Of a stretch of 64,000 nt of DNA, positions 45,927-59,199 are shown one piece after another. The DNA comes from Myxococcota bacterium (lineage in GTDB: Bacteria > Myxococcota_A > UBA796 > CAJQPC01): positions 32,001 through 96,000 of the forward strand of contig JAZAMN010000050.1 of NCBI GenBank assembly GCA_036229005.1. The letters are read 5' to 3'. Below the pieces are notes generated by a model. The model was not told where the DNA came from and made no database searches. It saw nothing but the letters and a program-made list of their open reading frames with translations. How positions within the stretch are numbered: the stretch's first letter is position 1; every line of letters starts with the position of its first letter. The position numbers and the translations under genes are program-made.

Positions 45927-46927
45927 GCCCCAGCGCCGACCAAAGCGCCGTGCTCTGGGACGCAGAGACCCTCGCCCGGATCCGGACCCTGCAGCTCGTC
46001 GCCCGCCAGACGGTGGACGGCCTGCTGCTGGGTGACCATCGCAGCCGGCGGGTTGGCGCCAGCGTGGAGTTCGCGGACTACCAGACCTACCAGCCCGGAG
46101 ACGACCTGCGGCACCTGGACTGGAAGGTCCTGGGGCGCAGCGACCGCCTGGTCACGCGCCGTTACCAGCTCGAGACCGAGTGGCCTTGCATGATCGTGCT
46201 GGACGCCTCCGGGGACCTCTCCACCGGCGGGGGGCAGGGGCCTCGGCAGCGCCGCTGGCTCTCGCGTCTGTTCGGCAACGAGCAGCCCAAGCCCCGGCCG
46301 GAGCTCGACGGCACCAAGTTCGGGTTCTCCGTGAAGCTCGCCGCGAGCCTCGCGTGGGCGATGGTGCGGCGGAACGAGCCCGTGGGGCTCTGCGTGCTGG
46401 GCGGGGAGACCCAGGGCGACCGCCTGCTGCTCCCCAAGCAGGGGCGGAGCCAGCTCGCGCGCATCGTGGGCACCCTGGCCGACCTCCGGCCCGCGGGGGA
46501 GGCCGATCTGGCGGAGGGCCTCGCCGCGGTGGGGCCTCGGATACGCAGCCGCTCCCTGGTGGCCTTGGTCTCGGACTTCATGGAGGAGCCCGGGGACTGG
46601 GGCCCCTCGCTCCTCGCTCTCGCCAAGAGGCGCTGTGATCTGGCGGCCTTCCACGTGGTGGATCGGCAGGAGATGGAGCTGGACTTTGACCAGCCCGCCC
46701 TCTTCTTCTCCCCGGAGGGCGGTGAGCCCCTGCAGATCGACCCCCAAGGGGCGCAGCGGGAGTTCGCCGAGGTCCGGGACGCCTGGCTGCTCGAGGTCGA
46801 GCGGAGCCTGCGGGGTCACCGCGCGCGCTACTACCCCTGCCTGACCGAGCGCGGCCTCGACGCCCCGCTGCGCGCCCTCTTCCAGGGCAACCCGGGCCAG
46901 CCCTTGAGCCTGGAGCGGCCCGCGTGA
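45923..46927 (+). CDS. DUF58 domain protein
   Basis: EFADYQTYQPGDDLRHLDWK, LDASG, VSDF; GTG overlaps the moxR stop. Confidence 0.9.
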   Translation: MSPSADQSAVLWDAETLARIRTLQLVARQTVDGLLLGDHRSRRVGASVEFADYQTYQPGDDLRHLDWKVLGRSDRLVTRRYQLETEWPCMIVLDASGDLSTGGGQGPRQRRWLSRLFGNEQPKPRPELDGTKFGFSVKLAASLAWAMVRRNEPVGLCVLGGETQGDRLLLPKQGRSQLARIVGTLADLRPAGEADLAEGLAAVGPRIRSRSLVALVSDFMEEPGDWGPSLLALAKRRCDLAAFHVVDRQEMELDFDQPALFFSPEGGEPLQIDPQGAQREFAEVRDAWLLEVERSLRGHRARYYPCLTERGLDAPLRALFQGNPGQPLSLERPA

Positions 46928-48978
46928 GCTTCGCCTTCGCCGCCCCCCTCGCGCTGCTCCTTGGCGCGCTGATCGCGGGCCCCATCCTGGCGCACCTCAG
47001 CCAGCGCAGACCGGAGCAGCGGCAGGCCTTCGGGGCCATGCTCCTGCTGCGTAGGCTGGTCAAGCGCCTTGAGAAGCGCCGGCGGATCCGGGAGCTGCTC
47101 CTGCTCCTGCTGAGGGTGCTGGCGGTGCTCGCGATGGTCCTGGCGGTGGCGCGCCCCGAGCTGAGGGTGCCCGGCGCGTCTCCGGTGTTCGGGGGCAAGG
47201 GGCCGGTGGTGCTGGTGCTGGACGACTCCATGTCCATGGCCCAGACCAGCGGAGGCCGTACGCTGATGGCGCGGGCCCGGAAGGACGCCCTGGATGTGCT
47301 GGGCGACCTGCCACCGGGGACGCCGGTGGGGCTGGTGACCTTGGGCGGAAGGGCCCAGTCCCTGAGCGCCGAGATGAGCACCGACCACGCCCAGATCCGC
47401 GCCGCCATCGAGGCCACGGACGCCGGCTATGGGCGCACCGATCTGGTGGGCGGGCTGCACCAGGCCCGGGCGCTTCTGGGAGGCCTCCCTGGTGAGGTCC
47501 TCGTGTTCACGGATCAGGCGGGTCCCGGGGTCGTGGAGGCCTCCCAGGTGGAGATCCAGGCGCTGGTGGACCGGGGGAGCGCTGTCATCCCGCGCGTGGT
47601 GCAGGCAAAGCCGCCGGTCAACGTGGTGCCCCTCTCCGCGACCTACGGAGATGGCTTGGAGGGCGGCTCGGTCCGTGTCGAGCTCGCCAACTTCGGGCCC
47701 GAGGAGGTCGAGGTCCCGGTCACCCTGGAGCTTCCAGACCGCTCTGAGATCACGGCCTTCACCACCGTGCCGGCAGAGGGGCGCACCAGCGAGGTCTTCA
47801 CGGTGCCGCTCACCGTCCCTGGGGGCGTCGCTGCCGTGCAGGTGGATGATCCTGGGCTGGCGCTGGACGACCGGCGCTCCTTCCACCTGCCGCGGGTCGG
47901 GGCTTCGCGGGTGCTCGTCGTGGACGGCGATCCCGGCCGCACCCCCTTCGAGTCGGAGGTCTACTTCCTGGAGCGCGCCCTGGCCCCTTGGGGCGGGGTG
48001 TCCGGAGGCCTGGTGCCCGAGGTCGTGTCCCCTGCTGGCCTGCGCCGCCTGGAGCAGGACACCCACCAGGTCGTGTTCCTGGCCAACGTCGAGGACGTCG
48101 GGCCCTTCGCCGGTACCCTCCAGGAGTTCGTGCAGGAGGGCGGCTCCGTCGTGATCTCCGTGGGCAAGAACGTCAGCGCCCAGCGCTACAACCAGACCCT
48201 CTCCGGCCTGCTCCCCGCGCCTCTGCGCAAGCCCGTGGACCTTGCCCAGGCTGACGGCGTGCGTCTGCAGACCCCCGACACCAGCCTGCCCCTCTTCGCG
48301 CCCTTCGCCCGGGGCGGGGCCGCTGGTTTCACGCAGATGCGGGCCTTCCGGGTGTTCACCCTGGAGCCCTTCCAGGAGAGCGACACGCTGCGCGTGCTCC
48401 TGCGCTGGGAGGACGGCAACCCCGCGCTGGTCGAGCGCCGAGTGGGGCAGGGCAGGGTGCTGCTCTGGACCACCAGCATCGACTACGACGACAACTGGTC
48501 CCACGCCGCGGTGGAGGCCGTGTTCATGCCCTTCATCCAGCGGCTGGTGCGCACCCTGGGCGCCAGCGGGGAGGGCGTCGCGCTGCGGGCCGAGGGCTTC
48601 GTGGACGAGCCCATCCAGTTGGAGCTGCCCCCGGGCGCGCTGGAGCCCCAGGTCACTGGACCGGACGGTCAGCGGGTGGAGAGTCGCCTGCAGCGGGGGG
48701 CCCAGACCCTGCTGTCCTTCACGCCCACCCTGCCGGGCGCCCACGAGATCGGCCAGCCGGAGCAGCCCCCCATCGCCCAGGTGGCGGTCAACGTGGCCCC
48801 CGAGGAGTCCGACGTGCGCGTGAGCGGCAGCATCGCCGAGGTGGAGCGCCAGGCCGACCCCGAGTTGCTCACCCGCTCCATCGTGCTGGGGCCATGGATG
48901 CTGTGGCTCGCGTTCGCAGCCCTGCTGGGCCAGGCCGCCCTCTCCGCCCGCCCCCAAGCCGATCTGGAGGACGCATGA
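46924..48978 (+). CDS. BatA N-terminal + vWA domain membrane protein
   Basis: PILAHL...LLLLLRVLAVLAMVLAVARP, MIDAS DDSMSM, C-terminal EESD plus TM. Confidence 0.85.
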   Translation: MSFAFAAPLALLLGALIAGPILAHLSQRRPEQRQAFGAMLLLRRLVKRLEKRRRIRELLLLLLRVLAVLAMVLAVARPELRVPGASPVFGGKGPVVLVLDDSMSMAQTSGGRTLMARARKDALDVLGDLPPGTPVGLVTLGGRAQSLSAEMSTDHAQIRAAIEATDAGYGRTDLVGGLHQARALLGGLPGEVLVFTDQAGPGVVEASQVEIQALVDRGSAVIPRVVQAKPPVNVVPLSATYGDGLEGGSVRVELANFGPEEVEVPVTLELPDRSEITAFTTVPAEGRTSEVFTVPLTVPGGVAAVQVDDPGLALDDRRSFHLPRVGASRVLVVDGDPGRTPFESEVYFLERALAPWGGVSGGLVPEVVSPAGLRRLEQDTHQVVFLANVEDVGPFAGTLQEFVQEGGSVVISVGKNVSAQRYNQTLSGLLPAPLRKPVDLAQADGVRLQTPDTSLPLFAPFARGGAAGFTQMRAFRVFTLEPFQESDTLRVLLRWEDGNPALVERRVGQGRVLLWTTSIDYDDNWSHAAVEAVFMPFIQRLVRTLGASGEGVALRAEGFVDEPIQLELPPGALEPQVTGPDGQRVESRLQRGAQTLLSFTPTLPGAHEIGQPEQPPIAQVAVNVAPEESDVRVSGSIAEVERQADPELLTRSIVLGPWMLWLAFAALLGQAALSARPQADLEDA

Positions 48979-49733
48979 GCCGCCCCAGCCGCCGCCACTT
49001 CCTGCTCCGCGCCGGCGCCGTGGTCGGGGCCACCCTGGTCCTGCCCGGGGCGGCCTTCGCCCTGGGGGATGTGAGCCAGGTCGACGTGGTCGAGCTCCAG
49101 CTCCCCAAGGGCACTCTGTCCCGCCCGGGCGCATGGCGCACCATGCTCTACGAGGTCTCCCGCAGCACGTCTGTGGTCACCCAGCCCGACCAGGTCGTCC
49201 AGAGCAGCCCCGGGGACCTCGCGCTCTTCGAGCACCCCTTCGCCGTGCTCACCGGGGATGGCGCCTTCGACCCCCTGCCGGAGACCGAGCTCGAGCAGCT
49301 CAAGCGCTACCTGACCTACGGCGGCTTCCTCTACATCGACGACACGACCGGCGTGGAGGACTCCGAGTTCTCCCGCTCCGTGCGCCGCCTGCTCAAGCGC
49401 ATGTTCCCGACCCGGCCGCTGCAGCAGCTCGAGCGCAGCCACTCGCTGTACCGGGCCTTCTTCTTGATCGACCGGCCCGTCGGCCGCGTGCTGGGCCCCG
49501 GCTACCTGGAGGGCATCAAGCTGGGCTCCATCTTCCCTGTGGTCTTTGGGCAGATCGACCTCTCCGGCGCCCTGGAGCGCACCGAGAGCGGCCAGTCCCT
49601 GCGCCCCGTGCCCGAGCGCCAGCGCCGCGAGGCCGTGAAGCTGGCCGTCAACCTGGTGCTCTACGCGCTGACCTCCAACTACAAGCAGGATCAGGCCCAC
49701 GTGAAGCAGCTCCTGGAGGACAACCGCCTATGA
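48975..49733 (+). CDS. DUF4159 domain protein with Tat signal
   Basis: SRRHFL twin-arginine motif; LKRYLTYGGFLYIDD, AVNLVLYALT. Confidence 0.85.
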   Translation: MSRPSRRHFLLRAGAVVGATLVLPGAAFALGDVSQVDVVELQLPKGTLSRPGAWRTMLYEVSRSTSVVTQPDQVVQSSPGDLALFEHPFAVLTGDGAFDPLPETELEQLKRYLTYGGFLYIDDTTGVEDSEFSRSVRRLLKRMFPTRPLQQLERSHSLYRAFFLIDRPVGRVLGPGYLEGIKLGSIFPVVFGQIDLSGALERTESGQSLRPVPERQRREAVKLAVNLVLYALTSNYKQDQAHVKQLLEDNRL

Positions 49734-51988
49734 TCCAGTGGCTGTTGGGCGGTCCCCTGAGCACCCAGGGGCATCTGGAGCTGTCGGCCTCCACGCCGGA
49801 GCTGGTGGGCATCAGCGTGGGACTGGCGGCGGTGCTCGTGCTCGCCGGGATCTCCGGGCGCAAGGGCCGCGGCACCCCCCTCTGGGAGCTGCTCTCGCTG
49901 GCCGCCGGGCTGCTCGCGGTCGGGATGGCCATGGCGCGCCCGACCTGGGTGGAGAGCGCCGGGCGCACCGAGCCCGGGGTGCTCGCCATCCTGATCGACG
50001 ACTCCCACTCCATGTCCGTTCTGGAGGACGGACAGCCCCGCTCGTCCCAGGTCCAGGCGGCTCTGGACGCCGCGCGGGTGGGCCGCGCCGAGGTCTACAC
50101 CTTCGGCAGTCAGCTCGGGGTGGGGGAGCTCACCAGCTACCAGCAGGCCGGCACGGATCTCGGGGGCGCGCTGCGGGCGCTCCAGGACCGCTACGCCGGC
50201 GAGCGGCTGGCCGGGATCGTCGTCATCACGGACGGCCTGGATCGCGGAGGCCTGCGCCAGAGCGTGATGAGCACCCAGAGTCCGCGCCCGGTTGACCTCG
50301 CTGGGCCCCTGACCGTCTACCAGGTGGGGGACGCCCAGGAGCTCAATGATCTGGCCGTCGTTGAGATCGACTCCGGCGGCTATGCCTTCCAGGACGCCCC
50401 CTTCACGATCAGCGGGGCCATCCAGGGGGCGGGCTACGCGGGCCGCTCGGTCCCGGTGATCCTGCTGGAGGATGGCCAGGAGCAGGGCGCGCAGATGGTC
50501 ACCCTGGACGCCCAGGGCCAGGCCCAGGTCAGCTTCGAGCTGGAGCGCGAGCGCCCCGGCCGCCACATCTACGAGCTCAAGGTCCCTCTCTGGGAGGGCG
50601 ACGCCGTCCCCGGCAACAACAGCCTGCCGGTCGCGGTCAACGTGGTGCGCGACAAGATCCGCGTGCTGCAGGTCTGCGGCGGCCCCAGCTTCGACGAGAA
50701 GTTCCTGCGCCTCTTCCTCAAGCAGGACCCCGCGGTCGACCTCGTGTCCTTCTTCATCCTGCGCACCCCGGACGACGTGAACGCGTCGGAGTACCGCAGC
50801 CAGGAGCTCTCCCTCATCGAGTTCCCCTACATCACGCTCTTCACCCGCGCGGACCGCGACGGAGAGCTGGACAGCTTCGACCTCGTCGTCTTCCAGGACT
50901 TCGACTACGCGCCCTACTTCGCCCGGGAGCAGGCCGATCTGCTGGGGGAGATCGCCGACTACGTGCGCGATGGCGGGGCCTTCGTGATGCTCGGCGGGGA
51001 GCGCAGCTTCGACAAGGGCGCCTACGACGGGACCCCCCTGGAGGACATCCTCCCGGTGGAGCTGGGGCTGGACCCAGAGGACTCCACGGACCTCGAACGC
51101 TTTCAGCCCACCCTCACCCCAGAAGGGCAGCAGCACCCGGTCACCCGCTTGTTGGGCCAGAGCGAGGACAACAGCCTGCTCTGGCAGCGCCTGCCCCCAC
51201 TGGACGGCTTGAACCTCTCTGCCGGGCTCGCGCCCGACTCCGCCGCGCTGCTCGTACACCCCACCCAGACCACCGCCGCCGGAGACCCCATGCCCGTGCT
51301 GGCCGTGCGCGAGGTGGGCGAGGGCCGCAGCATGGCCCTGATGGGCGACTCCTCCTGGCGCTGGGTCATGTCGGAGGCCGCCGCCGGCAACGGCAACCAG
51401 GCCTACCTGCGCTTCTGGAAGAACAGCATGCGCTGGCTGATGCAGGACCGGGATGGTCAGCGCGTCCGGGTCGACGCCACCCGCGACAACCTGGGCATCG
51501 GCGAGCCCGTCAGGCTGGTCGCCCGCGTCCGCGACGTCGGCTTCGAGGCCATGGAGGGCATCCCCGTCCGCGGCACCCTCCAGGGACCCGGCGGGATGCA
51601 GAGCTTCGAGGCCACCACCAACGCCGCCGGAGAGGCCGTCATCGAACTGGAGACCTCGGGGTCGGGGAGCTTCACCGTGCAGGTGGAGGCGGGCAAGGAG
51701 TCCCAGGTGGTGGGCCGCGACAGCACGTCCTTCGCCGTGTCCGCTCGGGACCCCGAGCTCGATGAGATCCTGCCGGACAGCGCCTTCCTCCAGGCCTTCG
51801 CTGCGCTGCAGCAGGGCCGCTACTACGGACCGGGGGAGCTCGGCGCGCCCTTGCTGGATCCCGAGGCCGGCCGCGTGGTCGACGAACAGAAGCAGACCCC
51901 CCTGTGGAGCGCGCCCATCCTGGCCCTGCTGGCCGGACTCGGGCTCGGTGGGAGCTGGCTGCTGAGGCGTCGCCGCGGGCTGCGCTGA
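49730..51988 (+). CDS. Membrane protein with vWA-like and GATase1-like domains
   Basis: Two N-terminal TMs, DDSHSM, ITDG, VSFFILRT, LSLIEFP, GGAFVMLGGERSF, GEGRSMALMGDSSWRW, C-terminal TM + RRRRG. Confidence 0.85.
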   Translation: MIQWLLGGPLSTQGHLELSASTPELVGISVGLAAVLVLAGISGRKGRGTPLWELLSLAAGLLAVGMAMARPTWVESAGRTEPGVLAILIDDSHSMSVLEDGQPRSSQVQAALDAARVGRAEVYTFGSQLGVGELTSYQQAGTDLGGALRALQDRYAGERLAGIVVITDGLDRGGLRQSVMSTQSPRPVDLAGPLTVYQVGDAQELNDLAVVEIDSGGYAFQDAPFTISGAIQGAGYAGRSVPVILLEDGQEQGAQMVTLDAQGQAQVSFELERERPGRHIYELKVPLWEGDAVPGNNSLPVAVNVVRDKIRVLQVCGGPSFDEKFLRLFLKQDPAVDLVSFFILRTPDDVNASEYRSQELSLIEFPYITLFTRADRDGELDSFDLVVFQDFDYAPYFAREQADLLGEIADYVRDGGAFVMLGGERSFDKGAYDGTPLEDILPVELGLDPEDSTDLERFQPTLTPEGQQHPVTRLLGQSEDNSLLWQRLPPLDGLNLSAGLAPDSAALLVHPTQTTAAGDPMPVLAVREVGEGRSMALMGDSSWRWVMSEAAAGNGNQAYLRFWKNSMRWLMQDRDGQRVRVDATRDNLGIGEPVRLVARVRDVGFEAMEGIPVRGTLQGPGGMQSFEATTNAAGEAVIELETSGSGSFTVQVEAGKESQVVGRDSTSFAVSARDPELDEILPDSAFLQAFAALQQGRYYGPGELGAPLLDPEAGRVVDEQKQTPLWSAPILALLAGLGLGGSWLLRRRRGLR

Positions 51989-52028
51989 ACGCCCTTCACT
52001 GTGGTAGAACACCGGCAGGAGGGTCGAA

Positions 52029-52289
52029 ATGGCCGACTACCAGTGTCCAGAGTGTGGAGCGAGCGTCAGCCGTCAGAGCGCGGGGCCTGCAGCCCGGGCT
52101 TTCGGCGCGGCCGGCATGTTGATCGGGGCGGCCTTCGCGGACTTCGAGTGCCCGGAGCACGGCGTCATCACCCGCGGTCAGTTCCCGCCCGAGGTGCAGA
52201 GCAAGATGCGCAGGGGCTCGATGGGGCTCGTGGCCGGCGCGGTGGTGTTGTTCATTGTGGTCATCGCGCTGCTCATCGCCCTGAACTGA
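52029..52289 (+). CDS. Small zinc-ribbon membrane protein
   Basis: CPEC...CPEH, C-terminal TM; GGAGGG RBS. Confidence 0.7.
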   Translation: MADYQCPECGASVSRQSAGPAARAFGAAGMLIGAAFADFECPEHGVITRGQFPPEVQSKMRRGSMGLVAGAVVLFIVVIALLIALN

Positions 52290-52413
52290 GGGGCTTGGGG
52301 GTGGTCGGGCCTGCTGGGCCCACCGCCCAAACGCGTGCGCGCCGGTCACTCCCTGGAGAGGCCGGCGCGCAAGCGAGGACAGGCGACCTGCGAGCAGGCC
52401 GCTGGGGGTGGGC

Positions 52414-52641
52414 TCAGTGGTGAGCCGGCTCCACGGTGCCCTTGTTCGAGGTCAGCAGCGCGACCACGAAGGTCACCAGGGGGACCACGACCACGAGGCC
52501 CCAGTACACGGCGGGGAACATGCCGCTGTCGTGGTGCTCGGCGCCGGCGGCCTCGTGGCCACCCTCAGCGCTGGCCAGAGCCACGGAGGGGAGGACGACA
52601 GCGGCAGCGGAGGCCAGGAAGGGGAGGGTCTTGCGGATCAT
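52414..52641 (-). CDS. Small His-rich exported/membrane protein
   Basis: Signal peptide ending ALA, GGHEAAGAEHH, one TM, C-terminal HH; GAGGA RBS. Confidence 0.65.
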   Translation of the reverse strand: MIRKTLPFLASAAAVVLPSVALASAEGGHEAAGAEHHDSGMFPAVYWGLVVVVPLVTFVVALLTSNKGTVEPAHH

Positions 52642-52740
52642 GAGGGTCCTCACGGATCGAAGGCTTGGGCGGGCGCAGGCCCGCCGCATCAGGTCGGCGC
52701 AGAGTAGCGCATTGAGGGGGCCGGGGCCACAGCGGGGACC

Positions 52741-54789
52741 CTAGGCCACGTCGAAGCGGTCGAACACCATGGAGAAGCCACCGCGCCCACGGGTCATGGA
52801 GCGGATGGTCGTGGTGTAGCCCAGCAGCTTGTCCAGGGGGCAGTCGCACTTGATCGTGCTGGGCTCGCCGGGATCGGTCTCCTGGATCATCGCACCGCGG
52901 GCCTGCAGATCGCCGAGCACGGCGCCCAGGTTCTCGCTGGGGACGACCACCTCGGTCTTCATGATGGGCCGGAGCACCTGGCCGCCGCCCTTCACCATCG
53001 CGTTGCGCACGGCCTCGGCCACCGCGACGCGGATCGCCTGGGGGGTGGAGATCTCACCAAAGACCTCGATGGCGTCGACCTGGACGCGCACGTCCTGGAG
53101 CGTGGAGCCCTGCACGGGGCCCGCGATGCTCGCGTCCTTGGCGCCAGCGGTGACCGCCTCGGCCAGGGTGGGGGAGAGCTGGGTGGCGGTGCCGGTGACC
53201 TTGACGTTGGAGGTGTCGACCTCGATGCCGGCGCCGCGCTCGCGGGGAGACACGGTGGCGGAGGCCCAGGCCTTCATCTCGATGGTCTTGGTCTCCTGCT
53301 CGATGACCCGGTGGAACAGGGCCTCAGCGCTGCCCTTTCCGCCGATGGTCTCCCGCATGACCACGTCCGGCTTGCCGGCGCGCACCTTGACCCCGGCCTC
53401 GCGCTTGATGCGCTCGAAGTAGATCTGCAGGTGCAGCTCGCCCATGCCGCGGAGCACGCGCTGGCCGGTCTCCTTGTCCTCCTCCAGGCGGAGGGTGGGG
53501 TCCTCGGCGACCAGCTTGTTGAGGGTCTCCATGAGCTTGGCCTCGTCCTTGGCGGACTCGGGCTCGATGGCCAGGCCCAGCACGGGCTCGCGGGCCTCGA
53601 TGCGCTCCAGGAGGACGGGGTGGTCCTGGGCGCAGAGGGTGTCGCCGGTGCTGGCCTTCTTGAGGCCGGCGATGGCGATGATCTGCCCGGCGACGGCCTT
53701 GTCGATGCGCTTGGCCTTGTCGGCGTCGATGTCGAACACGCGGGCCACGCGCTCGGTCTGCACGCCGCCCTCGCCGTCCGGGATGGCCACAATGTCGCCG
53801 GGGCTCAGGGTCCCGCGGTACACGCGGCAGAACATCCGGCGGCGGCCGTCAAAGTGCTGGACCTTGAAGACCAGAGCCGCCATGGGACCGTTCTCGTCCA
53901 TCTCGACGATCTCTTCGTTGCCGTCGGCGTCCACGGCGGTGGAGGGGGGGCCCTCACCGGGGGCGGGGAGCACCTTGATCACGCCGTCCAGCAGGGGCTG
54001 CACGCCCTGGTACTTGAGGGCGGAGCCGCCAAAGCAGGGGAAGGCCTTGCCGCTGAGGCAGGCCTTGCGCAGGGCGGCCCAGAGCTGCTCGGGGGGGATG
54101 GGCTCGTCCATGAGCACCAGCTCCTCGAGCTCCTCGTCGAACTCGGCGGCGCCCAGCAGCATGGTCTCGCGCAGGTCGGCCAGGGACTCCCAGGTGTCGT
54201 CGTCCACCCGCTCGGTGTGCACGGTCTCGCCCATCTCACCCTCGAAGGTGTAGGCGATGCGCTCGACCAGGTTCACCACCTTCTTCTCGTCGGGCAGGGG
54301 CACGCAGACGGGGAGTGGCTCGCCGCCCAGCTTGGTGCGGATGGTCTCCAGGCTGCGGCGGAAGTCCGAGCCGGGGCGGTCCATCTTGTTCACGAAGAAG
54401 CAGGCGGGGACCTGGTACTTGGAGCGCTGACGCCACACCGTCTCGGTCTGGGGCTCCACGCCGCGCACGCCGTCCATGACGACCACGCAGCCGTCCAGCA
54501 CGCGCATGGAGCGCTCGACCTCGATCGTGAAGTCCACGTGTCCGGGGGTGTCGACGATCTGGATCAGGTGATCCGCCCAGTCGGCCTTGGTCACGGCGGC
54601 CATGATGGTGATGCCGTGCTCCTGCTCCTCCGGGATGTAGTCGGTGTGCGCCTCACCATCGTGCACTTCGCCGATCTTGCGGAGCGCGCCGGTGTAATAG
54701 AGGATGCGCTCGGTGAGGGTGGTCTTCCCGGCGTCCACGTGAGCGGCGATGCCGATGTTTCGAACCCTGCTGAGGTCGTTCTGGGCCAT
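52741..54789 (-). CDS. fusA: Elongation factor G paralog (EF-G2-like)
   Basis: AHVDAGKTT, HGITI, DTPGHVDF, NKMD, GMGELHL, IRSMTRGRG; stand-alone, not in an rpsL-rpsG operon. Confidence 0.9.
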   Translation of the reverse strand: MAQNDLSRVRNIGIAAHVDAGKTTLTERILYYTGALRKIGEVHDGEAHTDYIPEEQEHGITIMAAVTKADWADHLIQIVDTPGHVDFTIEVERSMRVLDGCVVVMDGVRGVEPQTETVWRQRSKYQVPACFFVNKMDRPGSDFRRSLETIRTKLGGEPLPVCVPLPDEKKVVNLVERIAYTFEGEMGETVHTERVDDDTWESLADLRETMLLGAAEFDEELEELVLMDEPIPPEQLWAALRKACLSGKAFPCFGGSALKYQGVQPLLDGVIKVLPAPGEGPPSTAVDADGNEEIVEMDENGPMAALVFKVQHFDGRRRMFCRVYRGTLSPGDIVAIPDGEGGVQTERVARVFDIDADKAKRIDKAVAGQIIAIAGLKKASTGDTLCAQDHPVLLERIEAREPVLGLAIEPESAKDEAKLMETLNKLVAEDPTLRLEEDKETGQRVLRGMGELHLQIYFERIKREAGVKVRAGKPDVVMRETIGGKGSAEALFHRVIEQETKTIEMKAWASATVSPRERGAGIEVDTSNVKVTGTATQLSPTLAEAVTAGAKDASIAGPVQGSTLQDVRVQVDAIEVFGEISTPQAIRVAVAEAVRNAMVKGGGQVLRPIMKTEVVVPSENLGAVLGDLQARGAMIQETDPGEPSTIKCDCPLDKLLGYTTTIRSMTRGRGGFSMVFDRFDVA

Positions 54790-54937
54790 GGTGTCCTCGC
54801 TGGCGGGCGGTCCTATCGCAGTGTGTGGGGGCCAGCACGTCTATGCACGGTGAGCCACCTCGCTCATGTGACACCTGGGAAACCCACCTCGACAGGGCCG
54901 CGCTGACCCCGTACCAAGGCGGGAACCCGAGGTGAAC

Positions 54938-56025
54938 ATGGGCGGCATCCTGCTTCTGGAAGACGGACGCTCTTTTGAGGGGGAGGCGTTCGGCGCCACC
55001 ACCTCCCTGGTCGGGGAGATCGTGTTCAACACGGCCATGACCGGGTACCAAGAGGTCCTCACCGACCCCAGCTACCGCGAGCAGATCGTCGCCATGACGA
55101 CGCCGCACATCGGCAACTATGGGGTGAACGACGAAGACGTCGAGTCCGGCCGCGTGCAGGTCTCCGGCTTCATCGCGCGCAGCTTCTCCAAGCGCTGGTC
55201 GAACCACCGCGCGGAGGGCGGTCTGGACCACTACCTGCGCAAGGCGGGGGTCCCCGGACTCCACGGCGTCGACACGCGCGCGCTGGTGCGGCACATCCGC
55301 GAGAAGGGGGCCATGAAGGCCGTGATCTCGACGGACGGCAAGCCCTTGGCCCAACTCCAGGAGCTGATGGACGCCTGGCCAGGGATGGAGGGACGCGCGC
55401 TCGCCTACGAGGTCAGTGTGTCCGAGTCCTACGTCTACAACGACCCCGAGGCGCCCACCCTGCGGGTCTCGGTGCTGGACGGCGGCTGCAAGACCAACAT
55501 CCTGCGCAAGTTCGCGGAGGCTGGCGCCCGCGTCGAGGTCTTCCCGGCCACCACCAAGGCCGAGGTGCTGCGCAAGGACGCCGACTGCGTGTTCCTGAGC
55601 AACGGCCCCGGCGACCCCGCGGCGCTCCCCGAGATGTACGCCGAGGTCTCCAAGCTGGTCGGCGAGCTGCCGCTGCTGGGCATCTGCCTGGGCCATCAGC
55701 TCCTGGCCCTGGCCCTGGGCGCCAAGACCTACAAGCTGCCCTTCGGGCACCGCGGCGGCAACCACCCGGTCAAGGACCTGGTCACCGGCAAGGTGGAGAT
55801 CACCTCGCAGAACCACGGCTTCTGCGTGGATGAGGAGAGCCTGCTCGCGACGGGGGCGGAGGTGAGCCACCTCAACCTCAACGACAAGACGGTCGCTGGC
55901 TTCGTCCACCCCGGAAAGCGGGTCATGGGCATCCAGTACCACCCCGAGGCCGCGCCCGGCCCCCACGACGCCCAGCACCTGCTGGTGGAACGCTTCATCC
56001 GTTTCGGCAAGACCGGAGAGCTCTG

Positions 56026-56026
<1 letters not shown>
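54938..56026 (+). CDS. carA: Carbamoyl-phosphate synthase small subunit
   Basis: [41 protein letters not shown]. Confidence 0.97.

Positions 56027-59195
<3,169 letters not shown>

Positions 59196-59199
<4 letters not shown>

Noticed and set aside
52290..52413. Possible SRP RNA or tRNA in the structured spacer
   Set aside because: No SRP domain IV (CAGG..GGAAG..AGCAG) or tRNA T-loop (GTTCRA) signature on either strand.
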